Assembly: GCA_010909165.1 (NCBI GenBank)
Contig: VJWM01000202.1
Location: forward strand, 292,271 to 356,270
Direction: 5' to 3'
Source: Anthoceros angustus
Taxonomy: Eukaryota > Plantae > Anthocerotophyta
DNA: 64,000 bases
The translations under genes and the position numbers were made by a program. The first letter of the stretch is position 1. Each line of letters begins with the position of its first letter. Of the stretch, positions 38,436-54,400 are shown piece by piece. The notes beneath the pieces are model-generated. The model was not told where the DNA came from, made no database searches, and saw only the letters and a list, made by a program, of their open reading frames with translations.

Positions 38436-39370
38436 GTCTCTTAGCTGTTGTTCGCGTCATGATGCCAACAGCAGTACACGCCCTTAGTGCCTTCTCTCCC
38501 CACATTGAGCAACAGCAATGTTTAGGGTTCAGACATAACCCGTTTCACATCTGCAGCTAAGTGTCTATTTCTGACCTAGCTGCCTATTTATAAGGACCAT
38601 ATTCGGTAGGTAGCTTCGGGGTTGGCATTCGTGGGAGCTAGCCTCCTTGGCTCTTGGCCCTTTAGTGGGTTGTCCCCCCTTGGTTCGGGGTAGATGGGTT
38701 TTCCCATCTCTTCTTTTTACTAAAGTCTCCATTGCCCCTTCTAGGACTCATGTTTTCCTATCTCTTCTTTTTAATAAAGTCTTCATTGCCCCTTCTAGGA
38801 CTCATTCTTTGAACTCTAACAGGTATTGTCCTATATACTTCCAAGACGAGTGTACAAGACTTTTTCTCAGAACTCTAATATGGGTTCCAAGACGAGTGTA
38901 AAGAACTTTTTCTCTCAACTCTAATATGGGATGTGTTGCACCAATTCTCTAAACTTCTAACGCTACCATGTTCACCTTTGACTTCCTTTTTCATTGCTTT
39001 ATCATGCGATACTCGAGTTCTTTGCTTGCGTTCAGCTATATGGAGGGTATTACCCTTGGGTCGGAATTTGGCTAACAAGCTTTTGTCTATGCTCGTTCAA
39101 ACTGTGGCGCAGAGTTCTTTGCATGATGTGTTCCCCGCCTGCGTCGATGTTCCGATGATAGAATGCCGTGTCCCCGCGGATATGACCTGGTCAAAGCTTT
39201 CCTCCATTGCCGCACAGGCCTCATGGGAAGGTAAAAGCGTGAATGCACTAGACTTTAAACCTAGACTGAGACTCACTTGGCAGTCCATCTGCGGTGCAAG
39301 ATCCCATGCAACCTCACTGCAGGTAGTAATGATGGTGCATAATAACCAAGGTGTTCACAGCACATATCTC

Positions 39371-42846
<3,476 letters not shown>

Positions 42847-42858
42847 GGCTCTTCCAGT

Positions 42859-45800
42859 GGATGCTCGAGCGCTCACGGAAAGTGATGCGTGCACATCCGT
42901 TCAATTCGGTGTTGTTCAATGATGTTTGTAGGTGTTCTTTTGCTAGCTGTGAAGATGGGTTACTCATCGCTTGACCTCATAAAAAACATTTTGGAAGACT
43001 TGGTTATTCATTGACTAGCACAAAACCACAATGAAACGGAAAAACTATAAATAAATAGCTTGATATAAATAACAAGGATAATAATGTTTTATTTTTATTA
43101 AAACTTAAAAGCAGAATGTCAAAATGTCTTTAAGAACAAGAAAAGAACGGATATCACCATCTTTTAGTGAACAATCTTATTTGATGATGATCGAGAGTTA
43201 TCATGAGCTTTTTGATACGTTATCGCGATAGATTGCCTTGAGGCCTATATATGGGGTAAGTTGCAATCTTGAACAAATTAGCTTGCCTTGTTGTGGGTTT
43301 TACATCTCCGTGTCTCACTACATCTTGGGTTGTTAGGCTTTCCCGCCACTACCATGGCTCTTGTGAAAATGTCCATCATGTTGAAGACGATTTTGCTCAT
43401 GATGGTCTTTCTCTTGGGCTTTGAGGGCATAATGTTTGGAGGTGCTACTACCAAGGACTTGCACGTGGACTATGAGTTCGCTCCGATGCGAATGTGGTGG
43501 CTATGTGCGCCTGGATCCGATCATATATTTCACCTTATCCAACCGCCGTTGTTGTTCATATTTGGGTGGTTGGGACCCAAAGGCATGTGCCAAGTTATGA
43601 CTCACATTATTCAGGACCGCAAGGATGTATGATTACATCACGGGTTGCAATTTTGACGAAGCTCAACATTGTTGAAGACAGTGGACGGAAAAAGTTGACA
43701 CGAGCACTCTTGCCATGGAGCTTTTATGTTGAGGTGCACTTTTGGTCCTAATAGTTGGATCTCATGGATAGATGTTCAATGCGTAGTTCTAAGTGATTTG
43801 GTTGTATGTAGGCGGATGTAGCTTGTTGGGTAGAGGAAGGAAAAAGAGTTGACGTGGTATTCTTGCCATGGAACTTTGATGTTGGGATCTACTTTTAAAG
43901 TAGTAGGGAGTTCTCATCCCGATTATAAATGAAAATGTTTTTCATTTAAAGGTTTTAAATGGTCGTGATCTCTTTGTTGATTCTAATCCCGTATGGAGCT
44001 GCCACAAGGTGTCTCTCCGGAAAGGGGTTATTCGCCATTAAAGGGTTTGGGTTCCTAAAGGCCAAAACGACCTTCAAAACGGGCCAAACGCATCATCTTA
44101 AAACCACTCTTTAGAGATGTCCAAAAAGACATTGACCATGTTATTTTCTCGCCATGAACACTTACCGACAGGTTTAAGCCAAGAAGGTTCGCAAATTTCA
44201 TCTTCACAAGGAAGGATTTCAAGGATTTATATGTGCCGGAATTCTAAACACCTCTTCGAAGCCAAGATTTCTAGCAGTTGAACAAGAGGCAAACCAAACC
44301 AAACCACCCAACAAAGCCAACGCCCGCAACAAGAACCAACATGCAAAAGAAGCAACCCCAAGCCCAAATAGCAACACCGGACGTCCGAATTGTGAGGACA
44401 TCAAGCGGCTGATGTGGCCATCTCGAGAGGGACAAACTAGGACTCTAGAAAACAAAGACCACACGCCGTCTAGTGCAATGTACAGGATCTCCATTATTAG
44501 AGTGAAAAGAGGAAGGAAATGGGGCAATGCGCCTGAGGTTCGGCGCGACATGCCGAGTGAAGCCTCGCCAAGGACGCTCGCGCATTTCTGGAGTCCCCAA
44601 CTTGCCGCATCCAACGATGGAAGTGGTGTATTCGAGACCCCAATCTTGCCGGTGTCCATGATGGAAGTGTTGAGTGGATCGCGGATGTCCCATGTATTTG
44701 TATATGTATTATGTCTATCCGATAGAAGAATATGTATGGCGGCAGATAGACCGACAATATAAGAACTCCAAAGTCCAGCTCGGGTTGGATCAAGATAGGA
44801 TGGGTGTTTGTTTTGGTAGTTTGAAAACTTTGTAAGAACTCCACACAAGCAACTTGGGGGATCAATACTAGATGGGTGTTGATTTTAGTGGTTTGAAAAA
44901 TTTGTAAATCATCCGATCTAGGTTTAAAGTATGGAATATTGGTTTTGAAAATCATTTGTTGGTTGACGTTATGTTCATACATTCGCTTTGTATACACATT
45001 TAAAACCTTTTCTTACTCTATGTGCCCCGACCTACCTACGACTTGGCCTAGACCTTTTTATTGTTTAAATGTCCGCTAATCCGAGTTTGATGCGTGTATA
45101 GATGCATGCGCCTTGGTTTCTAGATGAGCTACATTTTCCAAAATTTGACATGTAATGGTGGTTTCGATGGCCAACCTTTGAATAATACAATGTTTCACAA
45201 TGTTTTACAGAAGTAAGAAAATAAAGATAATTGATGATCCGCCTTCAAGAATGAAAGCGTGTCGGATGTTGTCGAACACAAGCGTAAGAGAGCATATGCC
45301 ACCACGAGCCCTAGTGAGAGCCATGAGTATGTGAAGAAAGAGAGTTGGTCGCCCTAGCCGAGGATTTTGACCAAATGGTCGACTCAAGATTTTAGTGAGG
45401 CTATGAAGGAGGACCCTATACCCATTGTGACGCCCAGCACTGCAGCCTAGGGTGTTCGAGACGAACCATAGAGCTTCGCCAAGAGATTTTGAATTTAAGA
45501 TCTAACTTGCACCATGTGCCACCGTGGGTGGACTAGTAAGGTTGAAAGCGACAAGGAGAAATGTAAGCCCCAAGAGTTCGGGTCAAGAAGCGTTGAGGAG
45601 GCATGGCCATCCTTTAAGACCTTGCCCGATTCTCGCTCATGGGCCTAGAGCAGCAACTCCAAGTGTGGCTTGTCTCGCATGGAGGGGCAGTCGATGGTGT
45701 GCCCGCATCGTGGATTTCTGATGATGGGGTTTGAAAAGAACATTGATGTGAGTGTCGCTGGAGGCAAGTGTGCACAGTGCAACTGAACGAAAGTGTTTGC

Positions 45801-47957
45801 GCACAAGTATCGGCGCAATCCTCTCCAAACCCGTGCACCATTCTTTGGAGTATAAGTGCGCCGCGTCTGCACTCCCGCTCTTTAGAGCATGAGCGCCAAT
45901 ATCCACAGATCTTCTTTTGTATCCGCTAAGTGTATGGGTCTAGTTCTCTTAATCCACTTTAATTGGCAAAATTTGACGTGTTGCTTCACAAAGGGGTTTT
46001 GAGACAAACCCCTTCCGGGAGAGACACAAAGCAAAGTGCTCATGTCACAAAGCAATACGGTAGAACGTACTCCAAAGCATGCACCAGCCACGAATAACAA
46101 GTCCCATGTGATAATCCGCTGGTCTCGCCATATGCTTGTCCACGCAAGGCGATGCGGCATTGTTTTAGGGTTGCTCCCATACCGTGTCCCAGACGCCTGG
46201 TGAAACTGGTGAGGAGTCGGACTAGCACAAGGAGCATTTAAGTTCCGTGACCCCAAGCTTCCACAAGGCTATTCACACCGTACGCTTGATCGATTACAAG
46301 TTCAGGTAGGGATGTCATGCTCAAACGCACAAGAGTTGACGCTCACGCATCCACCAACCTCAAGCTTGTCGAGAAAAGCATACAAGAATGTAACGCTAGC
46401 TAGGGGCGGAGTGGTGTAGCACCCGCCACTTGACCACGTGGCCATCGTGACGAAGGTCCCAAAGGAGAGAAGACCGCCACAAGATTCGCCGATAACATGT
46501 CCCTTGCCCTCAAGGACATTTAAAGAGGAAGGTTCCCTACTAGTATACAAACGAACATGAACGAACATGTAGCCCCCAAGGCCTTCACAGAGGTATATTG
46601 CCACACATAAATACAAGACAACGGATGAGGAATGTGACGAGAGATGAAGAAAATTGAATCGAAAATGCTTCGATAGAGAAAATTAAGAATAGAAAAATGC
46701 TTGAATAGAGAAAATTAAGAATAGGAAATGCTTTGATAGAGAAAATTAAGAACATCACATCTTTTACACTAGGTGGTCTTGCTTAAGTTTTTTGGGCAAT
46801 TTTCTTAAAAGACGGTTATTTACATCGAGATGCTATCATAACATAAAGTTCTATGATATGAATGCGATCAACTTTTTCCCCACTCTCCAACAATCTTGCG
46901 ATTCATCTAACTCTTATTCCTCTAAGTCATACATCCGGTCAAGGGAACTATGTTGGCATGTTATAACTTTGCACGTCATACATTTGCTCTTCACATGATA
47001 CAAATTATAGACACAATGGCTAGTAGTCGAACGTGCACACATTTGATTGTATTATGTGCATTGACCCGCCACATTTGCATCAACACATTCCTCATTGTCT
47101 CTCAGTAGTGTGTGCTTCTTGCAGACCAAATTATGCGAGGAGGCGCCAGCACATAATAATATATGAGATGGTAGTTGACCAAGTCTCGGACATGTGTGTG
47201 CGCTTGTCAGATTACGGGCTTGGCTCAACTTATAATCGATGCTAGTGGGCTTGGAAAGATTGGTGTTATTATCCCATCTCCTAACCCTAAAAGAAGATTG
47301 AGAATCGTCATGAGCACATGAGCCATATGAGTGGATGAAAAGCTCAAGACACCTAGAATGAAGTTTGACAAAGCGAATCAAGTAGCACAACGGGAGAAAC
47401 CACAAGGTTATTTAAGGTTGAGCTATTGGTCTGACGATGTAATTTACTCTAGAACAAATCCAAGACTTGCATAGAGAAATTACTATAGGCTCGCCACCAT
47501 CGAGATCAATTTTCTTAAAGCATGATTAATATATATGTTTTCCACCCAAAACAATAAGATTGTGGATTCTCTTTTAGGGAATTTGGTTTTCATTGCATAG
47601 CTGGAGTTCCAACCCTATACCACACACGTCGACCTTTGGCGGATCAAATGCTTCTTCAATACCCGCCAAATCGATCCACCGGATGCTCGGCGTCACGAAA
47701 GTGATGCGTACATCCGTTCAATTTGTGTTGTTCAACGATGTTTGTAGGTGTTCTTTTGCTACCTGAAGATGGGTTACTCATCGTTGACTGCATAAAAACA
47801 TTTTGGAAGACTTGGTTATTCATTGACTAGCACAAAACCACAATGAAACGGAAAAACTATAAATAAATAGCTTGATATAAATAACAAGGATAATAATTTT
47901 TTATTTTTATTAAAACTTAAAAGCAGAATGTCAAAATGTCTTTAAGAACAAGAAAAG
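42859..47957. mobile_element. ~5.1-kb unclassified insertion with ~280-bp direct terminal repeats (42859-43145, 47681-47957)
   Basis: Direct repeats lack TG...CA ends; flanked by a duplicated host segment; no recognisable coding domain; internal short repeats. Confidence 0.7.
46665..46752. repeat. ~32-bp tandem repeat, about 3 copies
   Basis: aatgctt...atagagaaaattaagaa repeated. Confidence 0.85.
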
Positions 47958-48151
47958 CCGTTCTGAGACTCTGCTCCCCTCGCTTAACATTCCAGAAATC
48001 TCTTAGTCCCCCAGTCCTATCGAATCGCTTGTAAAACTCAGGATTGCTAGATGAGGACTCCGTGCCGGCCGCGGACGGCGCAACACGATTCGCGACACCT
48101 TGAGCGGCCCTGATATGCGGTGGCACGTAGGGCATGGCTCTTCCAGTGGAT
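47954..48151 (-). pseudogene. Duplicate of the helicase exon-1 5' end (copy of 42664-42862)
   Basis: Near-identical ~198 bp including the ATG (48135); the frame terminates inside the insertion. Confidence 0.92.
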
Positions 48152-49094
48152 TTCGCTGAACTACGATAGCGATCACGCCTCCATATCGGGAGAGACTTTC
48201 GTAGGATAGGAAACTCGACCAAGGGCTACAGAAAACTCAACTAGTTACGAAAACTTTCCCCCATAGAGTTCCAGACCCGATTCGGGACAAGCTCGGCACA
48301 AGAAGAAGAAGAAGAATTTTATTTAAGTCCACTAAGGACGGATTTCCGTCATGGGACTTGGTACTTGACAACTTGTACCATGGTGTACCTAAGCTACTTG
48401 CACCAAGGGCATCCACTCCCATTAGGGACCCCATCTAAGTACCGATCCAAGCTCAGGATGCTTAATCACGGCGTTCTTATAAATGTGTGTCCATGGACTG
48501 GAACCAAGATGCTCAAGGAAGCGACTGAAGCGAGAAGCCCATCAGACACCAGGTACGTGTGGTGGGCAGTACCTAGATGATGGGAAAGTGCCGCCGATTG
48601 CGTCAGACCTTTCCCGGACGACACCAGCCAAACTGTGAGCAAGACGTCACTCTAGTGAAAACAAGCACTGATCATAAGCAAGATCGCGGCCGCCACTGAC
48701 CTCCTCACAGTCGTCGGCCAAGATGGATGGAGGAGAACAACTGGCGTGTTGGGCAATAGTGAACAGAAAACCTATGTGAATGCTGTTTAAATACTGAAAA
48801 CTTAGGGTTCTAGATGGTTCGGATTGAAAGCGTGGTATGGTTGACGCTTGAGTTACACCCGTTGCCTTGAGTTCGGAGATTAGGTTTGGTGCGGTTAGGC
48901 TAGGTTTGGAATCAAGAACCTAGGTTTGGTTGAACAGGGCGGCAGCGGCGGCGAATGGCAAACCTACGTAGGTTTGGAATCCGGCTCAGAATACTAGGTT
49001 CGGTAAATTCAAATCAGCTTTGGTGGAGAGAGAACGGCGGTGCCGACAGAGGGAGAATGTCTAGGATTTGCTGGCCTATATAAACGGCTTCTCC

Positions 49095-49695
49095 AAAGCC
49101 CAAGGTCTTTTTGCATGTTGTCTTTCGAAGGCCAAGGTGTTCCAGGCTCTGCTTCGAAGGCTTAGGCGTTTTGTCCAGTCTCTAGTTTCGCAGGCCAAGG
49201 TCTTTCTTGCTCTGTTTTGAAGGCTAAGGCCTTCTGCATGTTGTCTTTCGTAGGCCAAGGTGCTTCCAGGCTTTGCTCCGAAGGCTTAGGAGCTGTCTAG
49301 TTCTAGTTTCGCAGGCCAAGGTTCTTTCAGGCTCTGCTCTGAAGGCTAAGGCCTTTTTTTGCATGCTGTCTTTTGAAGGCCAAGGTGTTCCAGGCTCTGC
49401 TCCGAAGGCTAAGGCCTTTGTTCAAGTTTCGTAGGCCAAGGTTCTTTCAGGCTCTGCTCCAAAGGCTAAGGCCTTTTTCCAGCCTTTGTTCGAAGGCCAA
49501 GGTCTCTCTAAAGTTTGTTTCGAAGGCCAAGGTCGTTTTGCTGCTCTGTTTTGAAGGTTCTTTTTTGAAGGCCAAGGGGTTTCCAGTCCAAGGTCAAGGT
49601 GTCCCTCTTGCTAAGGTCCAGTTGTTCGAGTTCAAGGCCAAGGTGTTTTTGGCACCGAAGTCCAAGGTTTCTGTTAGCTTAAAGGTTAAGGCCTT
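49095..49695. repeat. Higher-order tandem array of AGGC(C/T)(A/T)AGG motifs (~30-bp subunits, ~124-bp unit)
   Basis: About 20 motif copies starting just after cctatataaa (49076). Confidence 0.85.
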
Positions 49696-51470
49696 TCGCT
49701 CCCATGTGAAGTCGCGGTCCTTTTGCGTTTTACGTTGTTCTCTGTTGCCTCGTTGTCTCCATTGTTGTTTTGGCTCTTGTTGTTTTGTGCGCTTTTGGTG
49801 TTGTGTCTGTCGCTATGGCGGTAGTGTATTCGGCGCTCGCTTATCGGTCTCTATTTGCATCGCGGCTTGTTTTCGTATCTTTCGTCGCTATTGAAGGTGT
49901 TCTTTGCTTGTGCGCGTCTTGCTTGTTATTTCTTGAAGTATGACTCTTTGCATGCTAAGATGTTATCTGATTCTGTTACCGACACGCTCTTCGGCTATTT
50001 AGTTGATTCTCGCTGGTTCTAGATTCGTTGTTGATCTTGTTTGTCTTTGTTGGCGTGGTCGATGGTGGTGTCGCCTGCTTTTATGAAAACGATCAGCAGT
50101 AACTCTCTTCGACTAAGAGCTTTCGAGCTTCTGTGGTCGCAGCTAGGCTTAGTTTCATTAAGGGCAGCTGCAAGCTGTGATAATTGGATTCTTTATTTCC
50201 CCTTCTTTGAAAATCTGTTGTTTGTTATTTGTTTGTTTGTTGGAAGTGTCCCTTATATCTGTTTGTTTTGATGTTCTCTGGTTTCGTGGCTTGGTATCAT
50301 TTTGTTTGTCTCACCTGTTTTCTTGTGCTGATGCTTTGTCCCGTGATCTGTCAATTTCCCGTTAGTTAGGTGTCTCACTTTGTTTTGACTCAGGTGTAGT
50401 AATGTTCTTTACTTTGCTTGAATGTGTGTTTGTTGTTTGTTTTTAGCAGTGAAAGGTTCTGTATGAGCTATTATCTCCTTGTGACAGCGTTTGCTTTCTT
50501 TTTCGTGTTTTCTTACCTCTGCCGCTTTTGATGCAACAAGTCAGTCGCTGAAGGCACTGGGCCGTGACTCGCCGGAGCGTCACCGAACGTCTGTTGTTTC
50601 AACTGTGTTTCAATATTCTGTCTTTTACGCAGGTTGTTGTTTCTCGGAAGATGCTCTCAGTTATATGGTTTTCAGTAACACGTCATTGTTTCATAATGTT
50701 GAGCAGTATTTGTTTCTAATTGTCTACTTTTCTTGCATGAGACGCAGGGAGTAATTGGCCGCAAGATTTATTGGACGTAACACAGGATTGGTTGGTCTTC
50801 AACCGTCGGTGCAAACTGTGACAGCAGTTTACATTTGTAGTTTTGTTGTTCATATCAGTCTTGGTGTAAGTTGTGCTTTTTTGTCTAGTCTTCTTGTCAA
50901 GTACACTATTTACAGTACTCTTCTTGTCTTACAGTAATTTTTTATGTCTTTTTGTTTAATTGGTATCTCATCTGTGATAACTTTTTTTCGTTTTCTGTCT
51001 AAACAGGTCCTGGTTTTGGCGAGCTGTTGGTTCTTTTTAAAGGTATGTGGTTGATGTTGTTGTCTTTGTTTTGGTTGTGAAAGTACCTTTAAGGTTTTGT
51101 AGAAAGTTTTTGGCCACTTGGTGACTAGTCTGCTGATTTCTTTTTTTGGTTGTTCTTGCTGGTGTTGTTTTCCGTCATACTGCATAGGGCCTGTAGTCCA
51201 TAATTTCTCTTACTCTTTGCTTTGCTCTAGATGCAGACAAGCTTGCTCGTTTAAGTACGGGACATCCTACAGGAATTCGTCATGGCGTTACTCTGTATCG
51301 TGTGGTATGCAACTGTGTGTCAAACATTTTGATAGTCGACTGCATTGTTGTTTGTTTGGCGTACAGTTTCTTTGCCTGTCAGTAGATGCATGTCATGCTC
51401 ATTAGTTTGATTGAGTTGCTCTCGATAATTTAATTGTTGTCATTTGACTTACATCAAGGTAGTATCTCAC

Positions 51471-54400
51471 TGTGGAGTGCCAAATCCGATGTCCGTACTC
51501 CTGGCGACTTGTCTTAGGCTTGTTTTGTTTTTTTGGGTCGTTACTGTTAAGAGGGATAGGGAGGAGTTAGCCAATAAGGTTTGGCCAGTTGCACTAGTGT
51601 GCAATCCCTAGACCCTAGGTCCGTCCGAGGTCCGTGGTGTCAGGCGAGGTCAGCCAGGTGGTCCGTCCGGGCGAGGTCCGGCGGGTGGTCCGTCCGGGCG
51701 GGGTCCGTGGTCCGTCCGGGCGGTCCGGCCAAGGTGGTCCGTCCGGCGAGGTCGACGGGTGGTCCGTCCGGGCGAGGTCGGAGTGGTCCGTCCTTGCGGT
51801 CCGGGTGGTCCGTCGGGCGGTCCGATGGGTGGTCCGTCCTTGAGGAGGTCCGTGAGTGGTGCAGGGTGGTTTAGTTTGGTGGGCATCGCTGGCATGGATC
51901 TCTTGTTTGGCGGGGGCGGTGGTGCAAGAAGTCCGTGATGATGAGCTACGTCCGTGATTACCACGACCAGGGGTTAGGGTACATACATAGCGAGGTTAGG
52001 ATACATACATAGGCGGGTTAGGTTGGGGTATGGGAGTATATAGGAAGGCTGGCGTCCAAGGCGAGACTATCCGGGTACCATCTTGGCGCTCGTGTGCTCT
52101 TGCCGTGCTCGAGGAGGGTGAGTTCTGCGTCACCGTGCGAGGATTAATTGGTGGTAGAGGATGTGTTTAGAGCTCGTGAGCTCCGCCGCAACATGGAGTG
52201 CGGGGCCGGGGTCGGACTGAGCTCGGGAGGTGCTCATGGGTGATTTCTCGGGTCGAGACCTTGGAGGCTCTGGAGCGGAGGTGTGGGGATCAGGCGAAGC
52301 CACTTCTCCGTGAGGAGGATTAGGAGGCGCTTGGGGTGACTGCTGGCGGAAGCCATCCTTGGAGGCTTTGGAGCAATGTGGGGATGCGGTGTGAAGCCAC
52401 TTCTCCATGAGCGTGGGCGGTAGGAGGATTAGGAGGCGCTTGGGGTGACTGCTGAAGCCATCCTTGGAAACTGGAGCAGGCTGTGGGGTTGCAAGCTACT
52501 TCTCCATGAGCGTGGGCGGTAGGAAGGCGGCTGGTGTGAATACAGCGTGTTGGTGTTGTGACTACTATGGGAATGGATAAGGAGAAGGGTCGTGTTACAG
52601 GCGTGTGTGTTGAGGTGGAGTTGTGGCGGACGAGTTGAGGCGGGGCGCTAGTCGTGGGAGCGAAGGCAGCGTCGTTAAACTGTTCGGTAGTCTTGGAGAA
52701 ATCAGGCGGGGTTTGTGGGAAGGTCCGGTGGGTGGCAGCGAGTCAAGAGTTGTGGAGGGCACACACTTAGGGTTGTGGGCCGGACCCAACATGATGAAGT
52801 CCGTTCGGCGATTTGTAGAGCTCGGAATAAGCACGAGACCATTCCCAGGAGCGGACTCCTTCCTACAACGACAGGATTGTCGGCCGGTGGCCATCGGTAC
52901 ACATTTTGGCCGTTCTTGGGAATGGTATTGTTGTGGTTCTTTGAGTTAGTAGGTAGGAGTAGGAGTGCCAGTTGCGGTTGTGGATGGGTGTAATGGTCGG
53001 GCGCAGGAGTATACAAGTAGGGAGGATGCACAGGACCTGACGCCGAGGGTGCGAATCTAGGGAGGCCCAAAGATGCTCAAAGGGAGAAAGAAGATGGGCA
53101 CGGGCGCTGGGAGGACGACATCAACCCTGAGGAGGAGGCGACTCATCCTCAACGGAGGATGAATCTTGCAAAAAGGTTCCCAATGTTGCTGGACTTGCAC
53201 GAGGAGGTAGTAAAAGAGAAGGGAGGCGTCAGGCGGAAGCGGAGTATTGCCAGGGTGTTGGCGGGCCAGCGGATGAGAAGGAGTATGTGGAGTGCCAAAT
53301 CCGATGTCCATACTACTTGTCTTGGGCTTGTTTTTTGTTTTGGGTCGTTCTTGTTAAGAGGGATAGGGAGGTTAGCCAATAAGGCCATTTTGGCGGATTG
53401 CACTGTGTGCAATCCCTAGACCCTAGGTCCAGGTCAGGGCGAGGGTGGTCGTCGGGCGGTCCCGGGTGGTCCGTCCGGCGAGGTCCGGCGGTGGTCCGTC
53501 CGGGCGGTCAGGCGGTCGTCCGGGGCGGGGTCCGGCCGGGTCCGTGGCGAGGTCGGCGGAGTGGTCGTCCGAGGTCGGGTGTCATCCGTCGGCGGAGGGT
53601 GGTCCGTCGGGCGGTCAGGTGGGTGGTCAGTCCGAGGAGGTCCGTGAGTGGTGCAGGCGGGTGGTTTAGTTTGGTGGGCATCGCTGGCATGGATCTCTTG
53701 TTTGGCGGGGGCGGTGGTGCAAGGTAGCGGTGATGAGCTACGTCCGTGTTACCACGACCAGTTAGGGTACATACATAGCGGTTAGGATACATACATAGGC
53801 GGGTTAGGTTAGGGTATGGGAGTATATAGGAAGGCTGGCGTCAAGGCGAGACTATCCAGGTACCATCTTGGCGCTCGTGTGCTCTTGCCTTGAGTGCTCG
53901 AGGCGGGGTGAGTTCTGCGTCACCGCGGGATTAATTGGTGGTAGAGGATGTGTTTAGAGCTCGGTGACGAGCTCGCGCCAACACGCTTGATGGAGTGCGA
54001 GGCCGGGGTCGGACTGAGCTCGGGAGGTGCTCATGGTGATTTCTCGGGTCTGAGACTATGGAGCTGGAGCGGGGTGGGGATGCAGTGGAAGCCACTTCTC
54101 ATGAGCGTGAAGCGGGAGGGATTAGGGCGCTTGGGGTGACTGTGGGCGGAAGCCATCCTTGGAGGCTCTGGAGCGGAGGCATGGGGATGCAGTGCAGCCA
54201 CTTCTCCATGAGCGTGAAGCGGTAGGAGGGATTAGGGCGCTTGGGGTGACTGCGGAAGCCATCCTTGGCTCTGGAGCGGAGGCATGGGGTTCGTGCAAAG
54301 CTACTTCTCATGAGCAGGCGTAGGAAGGGGCAAAAGCGGCTGGTGTGAATACATGTTGGTGTTGTGACTACTATGGGAATGGATAAGGGAGAAGGGTGGT

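Larger units (their letters stand above)
31540..38821 (-). repeat. Probable lone LTR (~650 bp; TGTTAG...CTAACA) split by copia 2: pieces 31540-~31808 and 38436-38821
   Basis: Inverted 6-bp termini; TATA-like CCTTATAAATAGG on the - strand near 38590; ~53-bp internal duplication 38698-38805; no matching TSD. Confidence 0.5.

Noticed and set aside
42859-47957. LTR retrotransposon or Helitron identity for the insertion
   Set aside because: The direct repeats lack TG...CA, PBS and PPT; no RT or RepHel motifs; a CTAG|TC near 43015 has no convincing hairpin.
49095-49695. CRISPR-like repeat-spacer array
   Set aside because: Spacers themselves repeat in a higher-order pattern, there are no cas genes, and the context is eukaryotic.
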